64,000 nucleotides of DNA, taken from positions 26,536,001 to 26,600,000 of the forward strand of contig OX597825.1 in assembly GCA_951406725.2 (NCBI GenBank), written 5' to 3'. The DNA is from Octopus vulgaris. Lineage: Eukaryota. Positions within the stretch are counted from its first letter, which is position 1; every line of letters begins with the position of its first letter. Of the stretch, positions 1 to 14,055 are shown piece after piece. The notes beneath the pieces are model-generated. The model was not told where the DNA came from, searched no databases, and was given only the letters and a program-made list of their open reading frames with translations. Made by a program: the position numbers and the translations under genes.

Positions 1-15
1 ATTATGTTGATGATT

Positions 16-47
<32 letters not shown>

Positions 48-269
48 AATAATAATAATAATAATAACTCAGTTAACTTGGTTTTACAAATAGATTGTGG
101 AGAAACCCTGTGTTCTCTTATAAAAATAATAATGAAGATGATGAAGATGATTATAATTTCTATTATTATCATGATCATTATGATTGTTGTTGTTTTTTTT
201 AATGAATATGATCACGATGACGATCTGAAGCAGCTACTGTAGCAGACGGGTTACCTGCCACAACAACAA

Positions 270-283
270 CAGTAGCTGTAGTG

Positions 284-335
<52 letters not shown>

Positions 336-580
336 GATGAGGAGGAGGAAGAGGAGGAGGAAGAGCAAAATAAGAAGGAGGAGAAAAAGAAGAAGAAAAA
401 GAAACAAGAAGTAGCGGAAGAAGGACAGGAAGAATGAGGAGAAGAAGAAGAAGAAGAAGAAGAAGAAGAAGAAGAAGAAGAAGAAGAAGAAGAATGAGGA
501 GGAGAAGAAGAAGAGGAAGAAGAAGAAGAAGAAAAAGAAGAAGAAGAAGAAGAAGAAGAAGAAAAAGAAGAAGAAGAAGG
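270..580. repeat. Compound trinucleotide microsatellite (TAG)n-(GAG)n-(AAG)n
   Basis: Directly visible; explains the poly-F/S/L/Y ORFs at 234..878 and 251..619. Confidence 0.97.
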
Positions 581-658
581 TAATATGTTTGTTGAAGAAT
601 AAAGCCTTATATGGTACACAGAAAGAGGACGGTGGTGAAGGAAAAGAGTTTGTTAAAT

Positions 659-770
659 GATAGATAGATAGACAAATAGATAGATAGAGAGATAGAGAAA
701 AAGAGTAAGTTTGTAGGTAGGTTTTGTAGGTAGAGAGGTAGGTAGGTAGGTAGGTAGGTATGTAGGTAGA
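659..770. repeat. (GATA)n/(GGTA)n tetranucleotide microsatellite
   Basis: Directly visible. Confidence 0.92.
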
Positions 771-2221
771 TATGCTGATATATAAAATGAGAAAGGAGGT
801 AAGTAGAAAGTGAATGATGAGTGGATGATGGAAAGTATAAATGTATGAATGCATGGAAAGAAAAAAGCAGTGAAACATACTGAATGAAAATGATTGCGAT
901 TGAATTCAAATATTCCTTTTTTTTTTTCTTGATCAAATACAAGAAACAAAAAAGAAAAAGAAAAAAAAAACTAACAACAATCATGTCGTAACCGAACTGA
1001 ACAATATGCAACCAACATTTGAAAGAATACTTAGACACCGTTAACAAAATAGTGGGAAAATTAGTTTCCATATAGTGTTGTTTTTTTTTTTTTAGTTTTT
1101 TGTTTTTTTTGTTTTTCCCAAAATTTCGCGGAAACCTAAGAAAATGAAAGCGAAAATATTAAAATATATAAATACAGAAATTAATAATGAAATAAAAATA
1201 TAAATAGCTAAAATTTAGAAAGTAAAATAAATACAAATTAGATATTTCAAGAAAATTATTTTGTTTTTCACTTGTTTCTTTATATATTTATGTTCTATTC
1301 TTCTTCTTCTTATTATTATTATTATTATCAGTATTATTGTCTTGGTTATTATTTCATATATATATTTTTTTTTACTTTACATTTTCAATAAAGTCTTTAA
1401 GGCTGTGTTGTTTCTTGGCAACTTTATCGAATATTATGAAAATACTGATGTTTGAACAAGGAACTATAACAAAACCAAAATTTTCAAAACACACACATGT
1501 ACACAGTCACACACTCACACACTCACGCAGAGACACAAATTCTTCGACACACATACAAGAATGAAGAAATAAAACAATACTATCAATAAAAAAAAAATGT
1601 TTTGCAAATTTCAAACAATAGATATTAATTATTTCGTTGATTTGAATATAATAAAATATATAGAAAAAAAATGTTGCCATGGAGTTTCTTCATCGATGTT
1701 TGAATTGTTGCTCAATGAACTTGAGAAAATTCTCGCAAAACCTACTAAACCAGTAAGGAATCGTTTTCCAAACTCACTACTCTATAGTATTTTTTATTGA
1801 TTGTTTGGTATTTTCATTTTTGTATTTTCTTCTTTGATTTGTTGTGTTGTTGCAGTTAGAAAGGAATTATTTTGTGTTTCCTGAAAAATTTGAATATCTT
1901 GAAAGAGTAAATGTGTTTTGCCAGTAACAGTGGTGGAGATGTTTGTGACTGTGTAGTGTTTGTTTCCTTTTACGATATTTTATTCATTTTTTTTTTTTTT
2001 TTTGGTTTGTGTAGAAGTTTATGGTAGCATTTTTCTTTGTCTTTATATATTGTAAGCAGTGTTTATATTGTTGATTCTCGTGCTGATAGTTGTGAGAGTA
2101 GCGGTATAACTGTGTGATTGTTGCCGATCATTTATCAATAATGATAATAAGGTTTGCGGAGTTGCTATTTGTGTTCTAAAGTATGTTTTGTCCGCTTATT
2201 TTAGTTAGTGCAGTAAGAATA

Positions 2222-2580
2222 TTGATGACGATGATGGTGGTGATGATGATGATGATGATGAGGAGGAGGAGGAGGAGGAGGAGGGGAGATGGGAGGATGA
2301 CTAAGAAGATTATGATAATCGTACTAACGAGGAAGTGTTAGAGGATTATGAGGCGGACATCGAAAACGCTGAACGCTGCGGATGATGATTATGCTGACAA
2401 CGAAGCAGTAAAGACGGATAAGAACAAGCAGGATGATGACGATAATGAAGATGGCGAAGATAACGTTTAATGATAATGATGATGACGATCCCTACAAAGA
2501 TGATGACAACGTTGACGACAGTGAATTTCGATGAAGATTAGGATAATGATGATAATGACGACGTTGATGATGATGAGAAT
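2222..2580. repeat. Degenerate (GAT/GAG/GAC)n triplet tract
   Basis: Visible; the acidic reading frame is broken by stops, so it is non-coding. Confidence 0.85.
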
Positions 2581-5500
2581 TATCATACAGCATTAAAGGT
2601 GGAGGAAGTTGATAATGACTATGGCATTAAACTTTCTGTTACATTTCTGTATCTGATTAAGTCAACCCCCGCGATTGTTGTGGTTAATGGCATTTGATGA
2701 TAGAAACATTCGTATAACAGATATTTTGGAGTTTCTTTTCATAACAAAAGTATCATAAATGGTGAGCGCAGGATCTATGATTTTGCATAGTGTTTTTTTG
2801 TGCTTTTTTCTAAATTTTCTCTATGTTGGCATTGGTTGTGATAATATTTAGAGAGTTTACATTTGTTATCCTTCAAGTGGTTTTATTAGAGGCATTTATG
2901 TAAGCGTTAAAGACGAAGTTCCTCGGAAATTTGCATTTCTAATACTGTGATTGTGCTGATTCTCTAAACGATGTCTAGTACAGGAGGGTAAAGAGGCTGC
3001 TAGATTTAGAAATATTCATTTTCCAAATATAATGATAGCCGCATCTTTCTGACAAACAGTAATGATATTTGGTCTCTACTTTCTTTATGTATTTCTTTCA
3101 AACGTGGAGTATCGATAAAGACTATGTTAGAAGTATTACATTTTTGGGAGGAAAAGATATTTGCGACACATCACTCAGATTTTAGGCAGTATTTTTCAAC
3201 AGTTGCTCTTAAGGCTGCTTGTTTTAGAACATATGAATGTGAGTGGTGCTCGTAACGCCCTATAATATTTATGTTTTTATATAAATTATATTTGTTTTAT
3301 TACTACTATTGCTGTTACATAGTCGTATATCTGTGCTGATCGAGGAGATCCATAAGAAAATGTATAGCAGCCATTCAAAGTGATAGTTTACTGCGATAGT
3401 TTACCACGGACACCTTTGCGTTACCGGTGTTCTGATTTAGTACCATAATCAGCTATGGAATATGCCCGTAAATTTTAGCAAAGTTGTACATGCAATAAAT
3501 AAATAAATGCATATGTAATCGCATTGTTTATTCCCATTATTATGCGTTATTGGCTACAAAGCGGATTATGGGGCACAGGTTTCTATGGGATTTCCTTCAT
3601 AATTTTAAAAGGCACTAGAATATATTTTGTTAATATCTGACAGATCGGCAACAACATAGGTTTACTCAGTTAGCTTGGTTCTGCAAATACATTCTGGTTA
3701 AAACCCTGTACTTCTCTAAGTTGTAGAAATAAAATTCTATATTTCAGTATATTTTTTTAACTCTGATACAGAGACTAGTGGTCCGGTTAACACATATTGC
3801 CACATGCCTTTACATTAAATGTTACTGTGGCCATGATTTTAATAGATGGGAATAACAGTAAAGGTAGTCATAAAAACTCCTTCAGAACTGTACACGATAT
3901 ATCCAACATAATCGATAACATTTCGTGAAAAATTTGTATCTATTGTTGCAAGTAATCCACTTAAATTGTAACTGTATGAAACAAAAAGAGGTCAACTGTT
4001 TGACGAACAGTTCCTAACTCAAAAACACATTATTTTCACACACCCAGATACTAAAGAGAGTCTTGTCTCATCTTCTGTTATTACTGTAAACTTCATTATC
4101 ACTGTAAATTGTTTTCACTGTACATATTCATTAATTTAATCTTATTCTTCTTCAAACCTCTATAAAGCCTGCTACCGAATGCATTTCCCGCTGGAAGTCT
4201 TCAGTGGAAGGTGTAAATCTCATTCAAACTGTCGACATCATTCATCTTCAAATGTATACGCCATTTTTGAAAGATCACTAGGCAGGATCAAGTAAAACGT
4301 GTGTAATAAATACTGCGGCATGCCTTGTTGCTTCTCCCCTGCATTCAGACCAATTTACCCTAATATAAAGAATGCAGTTTCCATCTTTCAACTTATGCAT
4401 TACGAAACCATATACTTCTCTGTATACCTGTATACCAGATGGTTTAATCTTACACATATGTCTGAAACTACTTTCAATGTACTACTATCTTACAAAATTC
4501 TGTAAAGCTAAAAAAATAGGGATGATGGAACACTTATCCTGTCAGTTCCCATTATATAAAAATGTAGGTGTAGGATAGGTGTAGGTGGTCATTTTAACGG
4601 TCTAGATTAATTTGTGATATACCGATATTTAGTGATATACCGTTAGTGCCATTGTTTTTATTTTCTGTTCTTTGTCTGCCTGTCAAAATTGATCGAGTAG
4701 AAGTAAGGATAAAGGCGTTCAAAGTGTTATCCTCTTATATCCATTTAGTGTATGCATTATTGACGAAACAATTGCTTTGGATGTGTATCTCACGCTTCAT
4801 ATTTTCTCTTAAGCTGAAAGAGCGATTTTTTTTTGAGTACGTGGTGCCTGTAATATCTACGAGATGTAGGAACGAGTAGATTGAATAAGTCTACTAATAA
4901 TTGTGATTATTTAACCCACATGAATCGTGATTGAATACACTTATGATGATGAATATTCTATTTGTTTAGGTGCAAGGCAGGTTAAGTAAGGGGTTATATG
5001 CTGTTGCAATGCATCGGTGCATCTACTGTTTGTCGTTATGTGCTAGGGATTTCTAGGGCAACTCTCGGAGCTGTGTTCCTGTCAGTCCTCATCTCAAAAT
5101 AGTCGGTACCTCTTAGCGGTGTCCCTATTAGTCATCACCATGTCAGTTACCGTTAGTGACCATGTAGCACATGCCTATTGTGCCCCTAGCTACACTCTCA
5201 GACAAGAGAAAATGATACACTGGATACAACTTGGAAAATCGAGTGAAAGGGGTAATAGGACACATCTCATTTTCTATTTACTGTCGTTGGTTGGCTACAA
5301 AAGCCGACCAATATTAAGCCATAATCCTGCGAAGTGTACTGGTACCAAAGAGTTCAAACCGTTCCCACGGATGTTCTTTGTAGTTGCATATGTTGCACAG
5401 TCCACTGTTTTAGCAATAGGTAACGGAAATATTCTTCACGGCATAGGATAGATTCCATCGTTTGCAAACGGCAGCCAACATTTTGTGGGTGTGAATCCAT

Positions 5501-5627
5501 ATTACAATACATCGCTGTATCTATTCCGTTTCATTTATTGACTCAAATACGAAATCAGTTGTTTCTGGACGCCACTATTTATAAATATTATTTTTATAGG
5601 AATAATACAGTAAAAATTCTATTGGCT

Positions 5628-5875
5628 CATCATCATCATCATCATTCACTTCCTCCTCCTCCTCATCATCATCATCACCATCATCAGCATCACCACCATC
5701 ATCATCATCGTCATCAACACCATCACCACCACCATCACCATCATCACCATCAGCAGCAGCAGCAGCAGCAGCACCTCCACCACCACCGCCATGACCATAA
5801 CCACTACCACAATAATTATCATCATCATACTTGTCATCATCTTCCTCCTCCTCTTCATCATTATCAGCATCATAT
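5628..5875. repeat. Compound (CAT)/(CAC)/(CAG)/(CCT) triplet microsatellite
   Basis: Visible; produces the spurious poly-His ORF 5538..5960. Confidence 0.95.
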
Positions 5876-8089
5876 CCATAGAAATACGATGATTCTTTCT
5901 ACTGACTTGATCGATACTAGTCATTTGAACGCCAGTGTCAAATGTCAACACAGTAAATAATAAACCAAATAATTTGTATTATATGATTTCCTTTTATGAA
6001 CGTTGTATTGTCATCTTGTAGATCCGACCTCACTATATATCGAATAAAAGTTTGCATTTCATTAATATAGGTTTAAATTGTTTTTCTGGTTGTTAATGAA
6101 ATTGATTCCGTAACCAGCATCATCGTCATTGTCTTCTCCATCTCATATTCGGAAAGACAGAATCCTTTTTGTTACCAATTTTAGACAATTATCATTGCCA
6201 TCTCCCTCATCATCGTAAACATAATCGGTGTTATTGTCAAGATCACAGCTAACACCATCTCAACTATTATCACCATCGTTTACGCGGTCGTCATAATCAT
6301 CATCGTCGACATCATTACCACCATTGTTTTTATTACTGATTCCGTCATCTTCATCGCAAGATTCAACATAATAGCCATTCATATTTTATAGACTACAACT
6401 CTTTCATGTGACATATTGAATTTCAATTAGTCACCTATGCGGCACCTCAAACGAGCAGCTGTTGGCATGAAGAGTCGATCCTCTGTTAATGGTTCAACCA
6501 TATAATAACGCTAAGTTTATTTGTCATCCTAAATAGGAATCAAAATGACATTATTCCCTATAATAAATGCATTGAATTCAAAATGTATATCAATAATCCT
6601 TTAGCTATTGAACATGTCACCATGTGTGATAAGTTATAGCAACCCCTATAGAGGAAGATGTGGTTTTCCAGACAATCTAGACGTTACTGATAATGAAATC
6701 AATATTTGGAGTCATTTCATCCTAGTAGCCATTTATAAAAGCATGACTGCCACAACAATATATTTATAGGAGAAAGAATTCCTTATAAACCTAGAAGCGG
6801 CTGTCTCCCCTAGAGTAGATATTTCACTTTCATTTTACAATAGTCTCTGTCTCTTTCTCCCGTTCTCTATATCTCTCTGTCTCTTAACCCGTAGGCAACT
6901 ATAAGAAGCAGAAGCGGTAGTTTCCAGTCAAATAACAACAGCTAAATAATTTAGAGAGGAAATTATATAATGACAAAATATTTCTAGTGATATAAGAATA
7001 ATTATGCATGTAATTCATTAAGTTATTAAATTTATTTGTAGTTGTTATTGAAATGAAATTCACACGCTCTTTTCTGTCATGTATATTTTTCTTTCCAAAC
7101 TGAAAATTGCCTAAGATACATTGATTTTCTTGTAGCTTAATACATTTAGAACTTGTGTCTTCAAATTTTAATACGAACAGCGTTTGTGAAAACACTTTCT
7201 TACTATTTATGCGAAACAGAATTAAAAATTATACTGTCTAGAATACACAAGTAGATAAACAAAATTATTGAACACTCTTTAAAGTTCTTTAGAAAAGATG
7301 TGATACTTATTAATAAAACGGAGAACGTCTTCTTTTCAGATAATGATATCAACACTTTATATTGTGCGCAAAATCAAATTATAAATGGTGCGAGTTATCT
7401 TCGTAATTAATTATTTTGCTGATATATATACCACAAAAAGAATCCACTGAGAATTAATGTTTTAATTTAAAATTTCTAACAACAAATATAGCAAAAATAA
7501 ATATCGTTGTCGTATATTATTCAATAACTGTAAAGGCATCTATATATGTTCTCAGGTGAAGAATATCTATATTAGTTTTCCAAGATTTCCTTTGTGGCTG
7601 CATGTTAAATGATGTACATACATACATGCATACATGCCCACATACATTCATACATTCATATATACATACACACACATATGTATACATGAATGTATGTATG
7701 TAAATGTTTCTGTATGCATGTATCTACATGTATAGACAAATATATATACCTATACAAGTACGTACACACACGCACACAAATATACATATTTGCTTTCCTC
7801 TATGTAGTTACGTATGCATATGTATAAATATATACCATTAACCAAGTGTAAATGTCCTGAAAGTCACTAGAATATTAGGGAAAGTGGAAAATGAAATTGC
7901 AAATTTTTCCTAAAATATCATTCTAATATATCCACGTTGTCTGTCTTTTGCAGAATAATAATATTTTCCTTCTCTGAGTTCGATGTATTAAATTAGATAT
8001 GTTGTCAATGTTAAATCATATACAGGGGAACATTTGGAAATATATTTTGTCATAACCTGAAGGTCTTCGTAACTAACATGTACACTATC

Positions 8090-8300
8090 CAAATATTCGT
8101 TCAAAAGTGTACCATAGTGCCCCATGAAAACTGAAGCACTACAGAGATTAATCCCGAAAAATTGACTAATTGAGGAGTCTTATTACTGGGATCGGCTCGA
8201 GGAATTTAATTTCTGTTGCCTCTAGTGCCACTGTGAGTCGAATATCAGTTGTATGATGTGGAAAATATCTGAGCGATATTGCATGATCATGCTAGCGCCA
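8090..8300 (-). mobile_element. Possible highly decayed RTE-clade LINE fragment (post-RT region)
   Basis: Minus-strand peptide LEATEIKFLEPIPVIR resembles the RTE motif (L/I)EAxEMKFLRxI; a single short motif only. Confidence 0.3.
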
Positions 8301-8448
8301 ATTTAAACTTCGCATAACGTCTGCCATCCATCTTCTACACAAATCGTGCTTGCGTCATATTACAGAACCAACCATGACTATTTTATCTCCTCTGGCCCTG
8401 CTCTCTTTAACATTATGTTAACATTTAACATAAGTGGTTGGAAAGGAC

Positions 8449-8800
8449 TACAGAATCAAATATCAGCTCAGCACCCATGACTTTCGGAAACATTTTGTCA
8501 CGCTCAGAATTATTGAAGCATGGAATAAATTACCCGCATTGGTGCGTAGCTGTCGAAATGCCCATGCTTCCTGAAATCCACCAACAGGACACATGGTGGC
8601 TTATTTATTTATTGCTAATTGTAATGCACCTCAGCAATGTATACAACAGTTTCTTTCATATATCATATTCAAACGGCTCTAAGAAGATTTATTCCAACAA
8701 ATTCCAGATAAACCACCTACACCCGGATATAAATCTGCAAACATTAATTGTTATCTTGAACAGGCTGTGGTAGGCACACTATGACTCTGATATTGCAATA
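8449..8800 (+). mobile_element. CR1/L2-type LINE 3' end fragment
   Basis: The frame from 8449 reads YRIKYQLSTHDFRKHFVTLRIIEAWNKLPALVRSCRN, matching the CR1/L2 ORF2 C-terminal motif RxxFFxxRVVxxWNxLP. 3' edge approximate. Confidence 0.75.
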
Positions 8801-9577
8801 TGATAAAATATCTTTTGCATATGTTGCTGCTAAACAAGTTATGACCTGGGCCAATTCTGGCCGAAACCTAAGTATATAAGTATCCATTTCCTGACAAATA
8901 TGAATATTTGTGACGCATGATTTACAAATTTACACGTTTATTTGAAACTCCGGAACGTACATACATAACATTTCTGGATAGCATATTCCTTCATTCGATG
9001 GACTACTTGATTAGTTTGCGTAACATGAATTCAGTCATTGTTTCCTGTAACTTGATATATGTGTCTCTTTGGCTATATTTCCTAATTTATGATCTTTTGT
9101 ATTGCTGTATTTGGGTCGCTGCTGTTGTACCTCAGTTCCTAATATTTTTCATAGACTTGTTAATAAATAGCTTCAAGCCGATGAACGTCATATACCTTTG
9201 AGGACATTGAATATAAATGAGAAAATTTCCTTCAAATATGAGTCTTGGCAGAAATTCGGACATGGGAGTGTATTCTGTTAAAGCGTTGCGAACGAATTTG
9301 GAATATGCCCACGCACGACTTAATTACATACAGTTTCCGTCCATAAAATATTACACGCAAAATAAGCGGGAATGTGAAAGAATGACTAATACTGTAGATG
9401 ATTTTACGAGCTGAGAAGTATCTTACCTGAAAATACAAAGGAGGAAATCGAAACAAGTACCGACACAAACTCCAATGAAAATAGACAATCTTGAAATTAT
9501 TTTATATATTCTATCTTATGCGGATGGCAAGGTTAATGTTTAAAATGTGAAATAATTTTATGCTTGCTCCATTGAAT

Positions 9578-9955
9578 ATTAACTTCACGTTAGCGAAGGC
9601 GGAGGTATTCTTTTCAGTCGTGTTTACTTGCTTGTTTGTTTGTATGTTTGTGGACAAGATATCACAAGAACCGCTGCATAGATTCGGATGAAACTTTCAG
9701 GGTTGTTTGGTCTTGTAACTCGCATGAACGGATTAGATTTTACAATCGTTCCGGTACAGGACAAGGATTCTAGATTACTTTTCATTTTCTTTTACTTAAT
9801 TTTTGAAAGCAGTCGGATTCACTTTTAGTATTCTCGTTGTGAGGGCAGTCGAGTTTGTTTCAGATATTATCAATTTAAAAATCCTCTGTGGCTGATTTTT
9901 GAGAGGACGTTGGTGTTGTCCTGATTGGGGTTTGCGCTCTTTGAGTGCTCTTATT
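9578..9955 (+). mobile_element. Non-autonomous Helentron-associated element (HINE/DINE-1-like), copy 1
   Basis: 5' hairpin (..TTAGCGAAGGCGGAGG), GTTT microsatellite, core GGACAAGATATC..GATTCGGATGAAACTTTC, 3' hairpin GCGCTCT..GAGTGC then TCTT. Aligns end to end with 54485-54820. Confidence 0.8.
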
Positions 9956-12008
9956 GAGACTGTATTTATTTTCATGCTCTGTATCGTGGTTACCTCAGAT
10001 TCAAACATCTCATTATATATATATACTTCCAAATAATGTATTAGTAAAATATCTGAGTAGATGCATTTTCGATCCATTCTGATCGATTTTTCTTAAACCA
10101 TATTTATTCATGGAAAGAATTTTCTATTTGATTTGGGTGGTGTTCTTGAAGTCTGTTTGGTTCAAGTTTATAGATCAGAGTTTTCGTTTATTTGTATATA
10201 TGTTAATACCATACCCAGTAGACATAATTGGCGACTTCTTCTCGTCTTGGATATCCTCAAGCAAAACAAGAACTTGCCATTATATTATCAAGTATGTTAT
10301 CAATTGCATAGAATGAATTTGATATTAGCATTTTTGTCTTTTAAAAATTTCTGTAACATATATAGAAATGCATTACTTCTGATCAAATAGCATATCATTT
10401 GTTTCTGCGTTTAGCACAGAAAATCACCTTATTCAGCACATTAATTCAAGATTGCATTAATATTTCTATGTATTTATTTCACTCAGTAGTAAATATACTA
10501 GTGAATATATTCCCTCCTACGTTAGCATAATAATGTAATATCAAATATCTATACCACTCTGAATTTACGAACAAATATAGGGTCCCATTCAATGCATGAT
10601 AAAAAAATTAGAATCAATTAAGTGTCCAAATGAAATGATGGTTCTGCGTGCCCTTATTTTGATCATTCTCTCATATTTAATGCCATTAATGATTGGTATT
10701 AGTAAAATAACATTACTAATGATTAGTAAAATAACATTACTAAAGCAACCTATTTTCATTGAGGCTGCATTCTGTATCTGCGGTAATAATGACTGCTACA
10801 GTTTGTTTAATAATTTGTCATTTTCTACAGTATTCCAGTTGGCCAACATGTGTTCATCATATCAAGTCCCAGTAAGCATTGTATGTCTAAAGTAATATGT
10901 ATTTACACTCCATCCCAGCAACAATCATTTTAGCGAGTATGATTAAAAGGATTTTGTATGTTGTTGGCATGGAAGTTATAGGCTTATAGATTTCCGTGGT
11001 GTCTAATATTTTTGCCAGACCAATTCTTTTAGTAATCATAAATTCCTGTCATCTATCGCGGGGTGAATAAATAGGTTCCAGTCAGTAACGGTGTGGTTTA
11101 ATAAAAGTCCGTTTCCCTGGTAAAACAAATGAATAATTCGCACGAGATATGATCAAAGATATTTTCAGTACTGATTATCCACACATTTTAAGGGTATATA
11201 AGACGACCCCATCCAATGAGTATTTCCTAAGGTAAAGCGTGTTTTGGGGAGCATTTTATGGTAATTATAGTAACGTAAGTGTGAGGAGAGAACCTCGGTC
11301 TCTGACTCAGAATTCCCTTGTTGGTTGTTAATGTTGTTAATTATATAGATAAAAAGACACAACTTAGCTATTACTTCTTTTATGCCCCTTTTAATTATTA
11401 ATTACCGCCATTCTCACAGGTGTTGCAATGAAAACAGAACAGAGCATCTCTAGCGTGTACTCCGTTAATATTTTATCGTTATACACAAAGGATATTATAC
11501 TGTTTGTTCAGTTCGTAATCAGTAAATAGATATACAAGATAAAAGCAATATTTGCCAACAAACAATTCAATTATACTGAGTTGGCGAAAATGAAACGCTA
11601 AGTACATGAAAGCAGTGTATTCATTTCTTCTTCGAATATTCTGAGTTCAAATGTCCCTAAATACTATTCTATATACATTATTTCGATTTTACATAAATAT
11701 CTGCTAACAATATCTCTCGTATTTGTATCCTGATAATGAGCCCTATATTGTTCATTTGTATTTTCGTTGGTTTTGATAGGAATTCACAGTTCGTGATCTA
11801 ACTTTCTTTGTAAAATAAGGATATTATGGATTCCTCGCGAGTATGTAATTATCTCCACGAACAACATAAGCAGAACGTTATACATACATACATAACTACA
11901 TACATACATACATAATAACTACATGCATACACACTTACATGCATACATTCATATATACACACATACATACATACTTACATACAAACATATAATATGATAT
12001 GATATGTA

Positions 12009-12173
12009 TAGGTGCAGGAGTGGCTATGTGGTAAGAAGCTTGTTTCTCATCCACACAGTTCCGGGTTCAGTGCCCCCACATAGTGCCTTGTGCAAATGTA
12101 TTCTTCTATGGCTTCGAGGCGACCAAAGCGTTCTGGGTGGAAAATGTTTGAGATGGAAACTGAAAGAGACCCG

Positions 12174-12175
<2 letters not shown>
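12009..12175 (+). mobile_element. tRNA-derived SINE family 1, 5' half
   Basis: A-box TGGCTATGTGGTAAG and B-box GGTTCAGTGCC; colinear with copies at 32411 and 59664; ends in (TA)n. Confidence 0.9.
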
Positions 12176-12211
<36 letters not shown>

Positions 12212-12219
12212 AGTCATAC

Positions 12220-12410
12220 GGTATAGTGTATATTTAAACACATAAGGAATCCACTTATAGGGAATTCAACACGCTAGAAAGAACAGCTAGGTTCTGTAGA
12301 CTACAAAAATAACGGATAAAATTCGACAGGAATAAATTTGGAAATGAAAAACATTTACCATCTAGTACCTTGAACCAATTGGTTTCTGATCATCTTTTAG
12401 CGAGTCAAGG
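12220..12410. repeat. Diverged copy of the arm of the 46661-47052 fold-back element
   Basis: Shares AGTGTA(T/C)ATTTAAACACATAAG and AAAAACATTTACCAT with 46669-46800; contains the palindrome AACCAATTGGTT at 12373-12384. Confidence 0.65.
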
Positions 12411-12582
12411 GGAACTCACAATATCTGATTTTCTTGAACAAGGTCCAACCTAGGGTTAAACATATCCAACACGGGACAAACAAGGCCACTTGTCTCCTGT
12501 TTATACGAACTAACTTTTCAATTCTTACTGCGCAGACGCAGTCCTTCGCTGGCTACAATGAAAAACCGCCAATATATTTATA

Positions 12583-12630
<48 letters not shown>

Positions 12631-13602
12631 CATATATATATAAATATATATACATATATAAAAGTGTATAAATTTGTAATGTGGATTCGTCCTTTAATTT
12701 GGAGGATTCCAAAAAATATTTCTAATGGTGATTCTTCATACTTTCCTGGGTGTTTACAGGTGTAAATTTGCAGAGATATGAAAGTAGTACGTCTATATAA
12801 TATTTGGCGAATTTATGGAATAAAGTCCCATAAAACTCATCAATTTAGTTATAAACGTAGGCGACACGTTGTTAAAACATATAAGAACTTTAATCCTTGC
12901 AGAAATTCTATATCCGTCATGACACATATCTTTCTCATATGGATAAAAATATGAATCTCCTAGCTCAAAATTTCTGCAATATTCCTTCCCAATTCTTTGT
13001 ATTATGGTTTTTACTTACTGCACTGAAGAGTACGGTGATATGTAATTCATGGAATAATATAACTGACAAGTGTCAATTCATTACGCACGTTTCTAACTAC
13101 TCTTCCAATGCATTAATGAAAACATTACATTATTGCAAAGAAACCGTTTTTGCCAGAAGAATTCCTGATCTCAAACATAATGGACAGTTCAACTTATTGA
13201 ACATAGTTAAGAAATTCACAGAGTACAAAATATTTACATTGCTTCTACGACCGGAAGCGGTTTCTTTACAATGATGTACTGTTCTCATTAATCAAATAAA
13301 CGACCGTAATGAATTGATACTTGTACCTCTTTGTTATTCACTTATATTGTATTCACCTGTCTTTCAATCTATGCTTTGTAAATATTATAGGCAGTATTTT
13401 TAATATAAAGTACATGTCTGAATTGCTAAGAGCAATTATTTACACACAGCTGGGTTTTATTATCTACATAAACTGCAGGAATGTCATGAGATTGGTACCA
13501 GGTCAGTTAATATTGTTGAATATGCATGTTACTCAGACCTAACAAGGTGCGGCAATTTAAGTATCTAATTCAAATTATTCATACTTATGAATAAATAAAT
13601 AA

Positions 13603-13671
<69 letters not shown>

Positions 13672-13673
<2 letters not shown>

Positions 13674-13895
13674 AACAATTGCAGCGACCTGTTCACTGCA
13701 ATTGTGAACAGGTCGCGGTTTTTAGCGACGAAAATATTTTGACAAATTAAAAATTAAACTTAAATGTTGAAGTGAATCGAACAGCTTTTGTGTGTTTCTT
13801 AAATGGCTTACAAACACCTTCCACGCTGCAATTGTTTTCGTTTCAGTACACGAACTCAGATCAAATCACTTGCTATGCGAGTACATCTCCGTAAT
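13672..13895. repeat. Short microsatellite-flanked interspersed element with fold-back end (same family as 46260-46445)
   Basis: Shares CAGGTCGCGG..AGCGACGAA..TTAAATGTTGAAG..GGCTTA..CGCTGCAATTG with 46320-46445. Confidence 0.75.
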
Positions 13896-14055
13896 ATATA
13901 TATATATGTATCAAAAGAAAAACAGGACGCAAAGGATTTTCTCTTCTGATACATATATCCTATCACCTATACCACTAGCTGGCATATACAGGTGCTTACA
14001 TTTATCAAGTATTCACCCTGAATTGATTATACATATATATATAAATATATATATA

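Noticed and set aside
234-878. 214 aa and overlapping ORFs, and the many [12 protein letters not shown] ORFs across the window
   Set aside because: Translations of stop-free microsatellites; no protein signal.
4170-4208. CUGAAGA..GAAA-UGCA-UU hammerhead-like motif on the minus strand
   Set aside because: Stems I and II are weak, there is no paralogue and no microsatellite context; plausibly a chance match.
3780-4610. Possible decayed DNA transposon (piggyBac-like start AAAATGGCG on the minus strand)
   Set aside because: No convincing TIR pair or transposase motif.
5490-5535. Minus-strand MKRNRYSDVL resembling the tyrosine phosphatase KNRY motif
   Set aside because: Bounded by in-frame stops on both sides; no other PTP motifs.
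5538-5960. Poly-His/Gln ORF resembling a transcription factor tract
   Set aside because: No domain on either side; explained by the triplet microsatellite.
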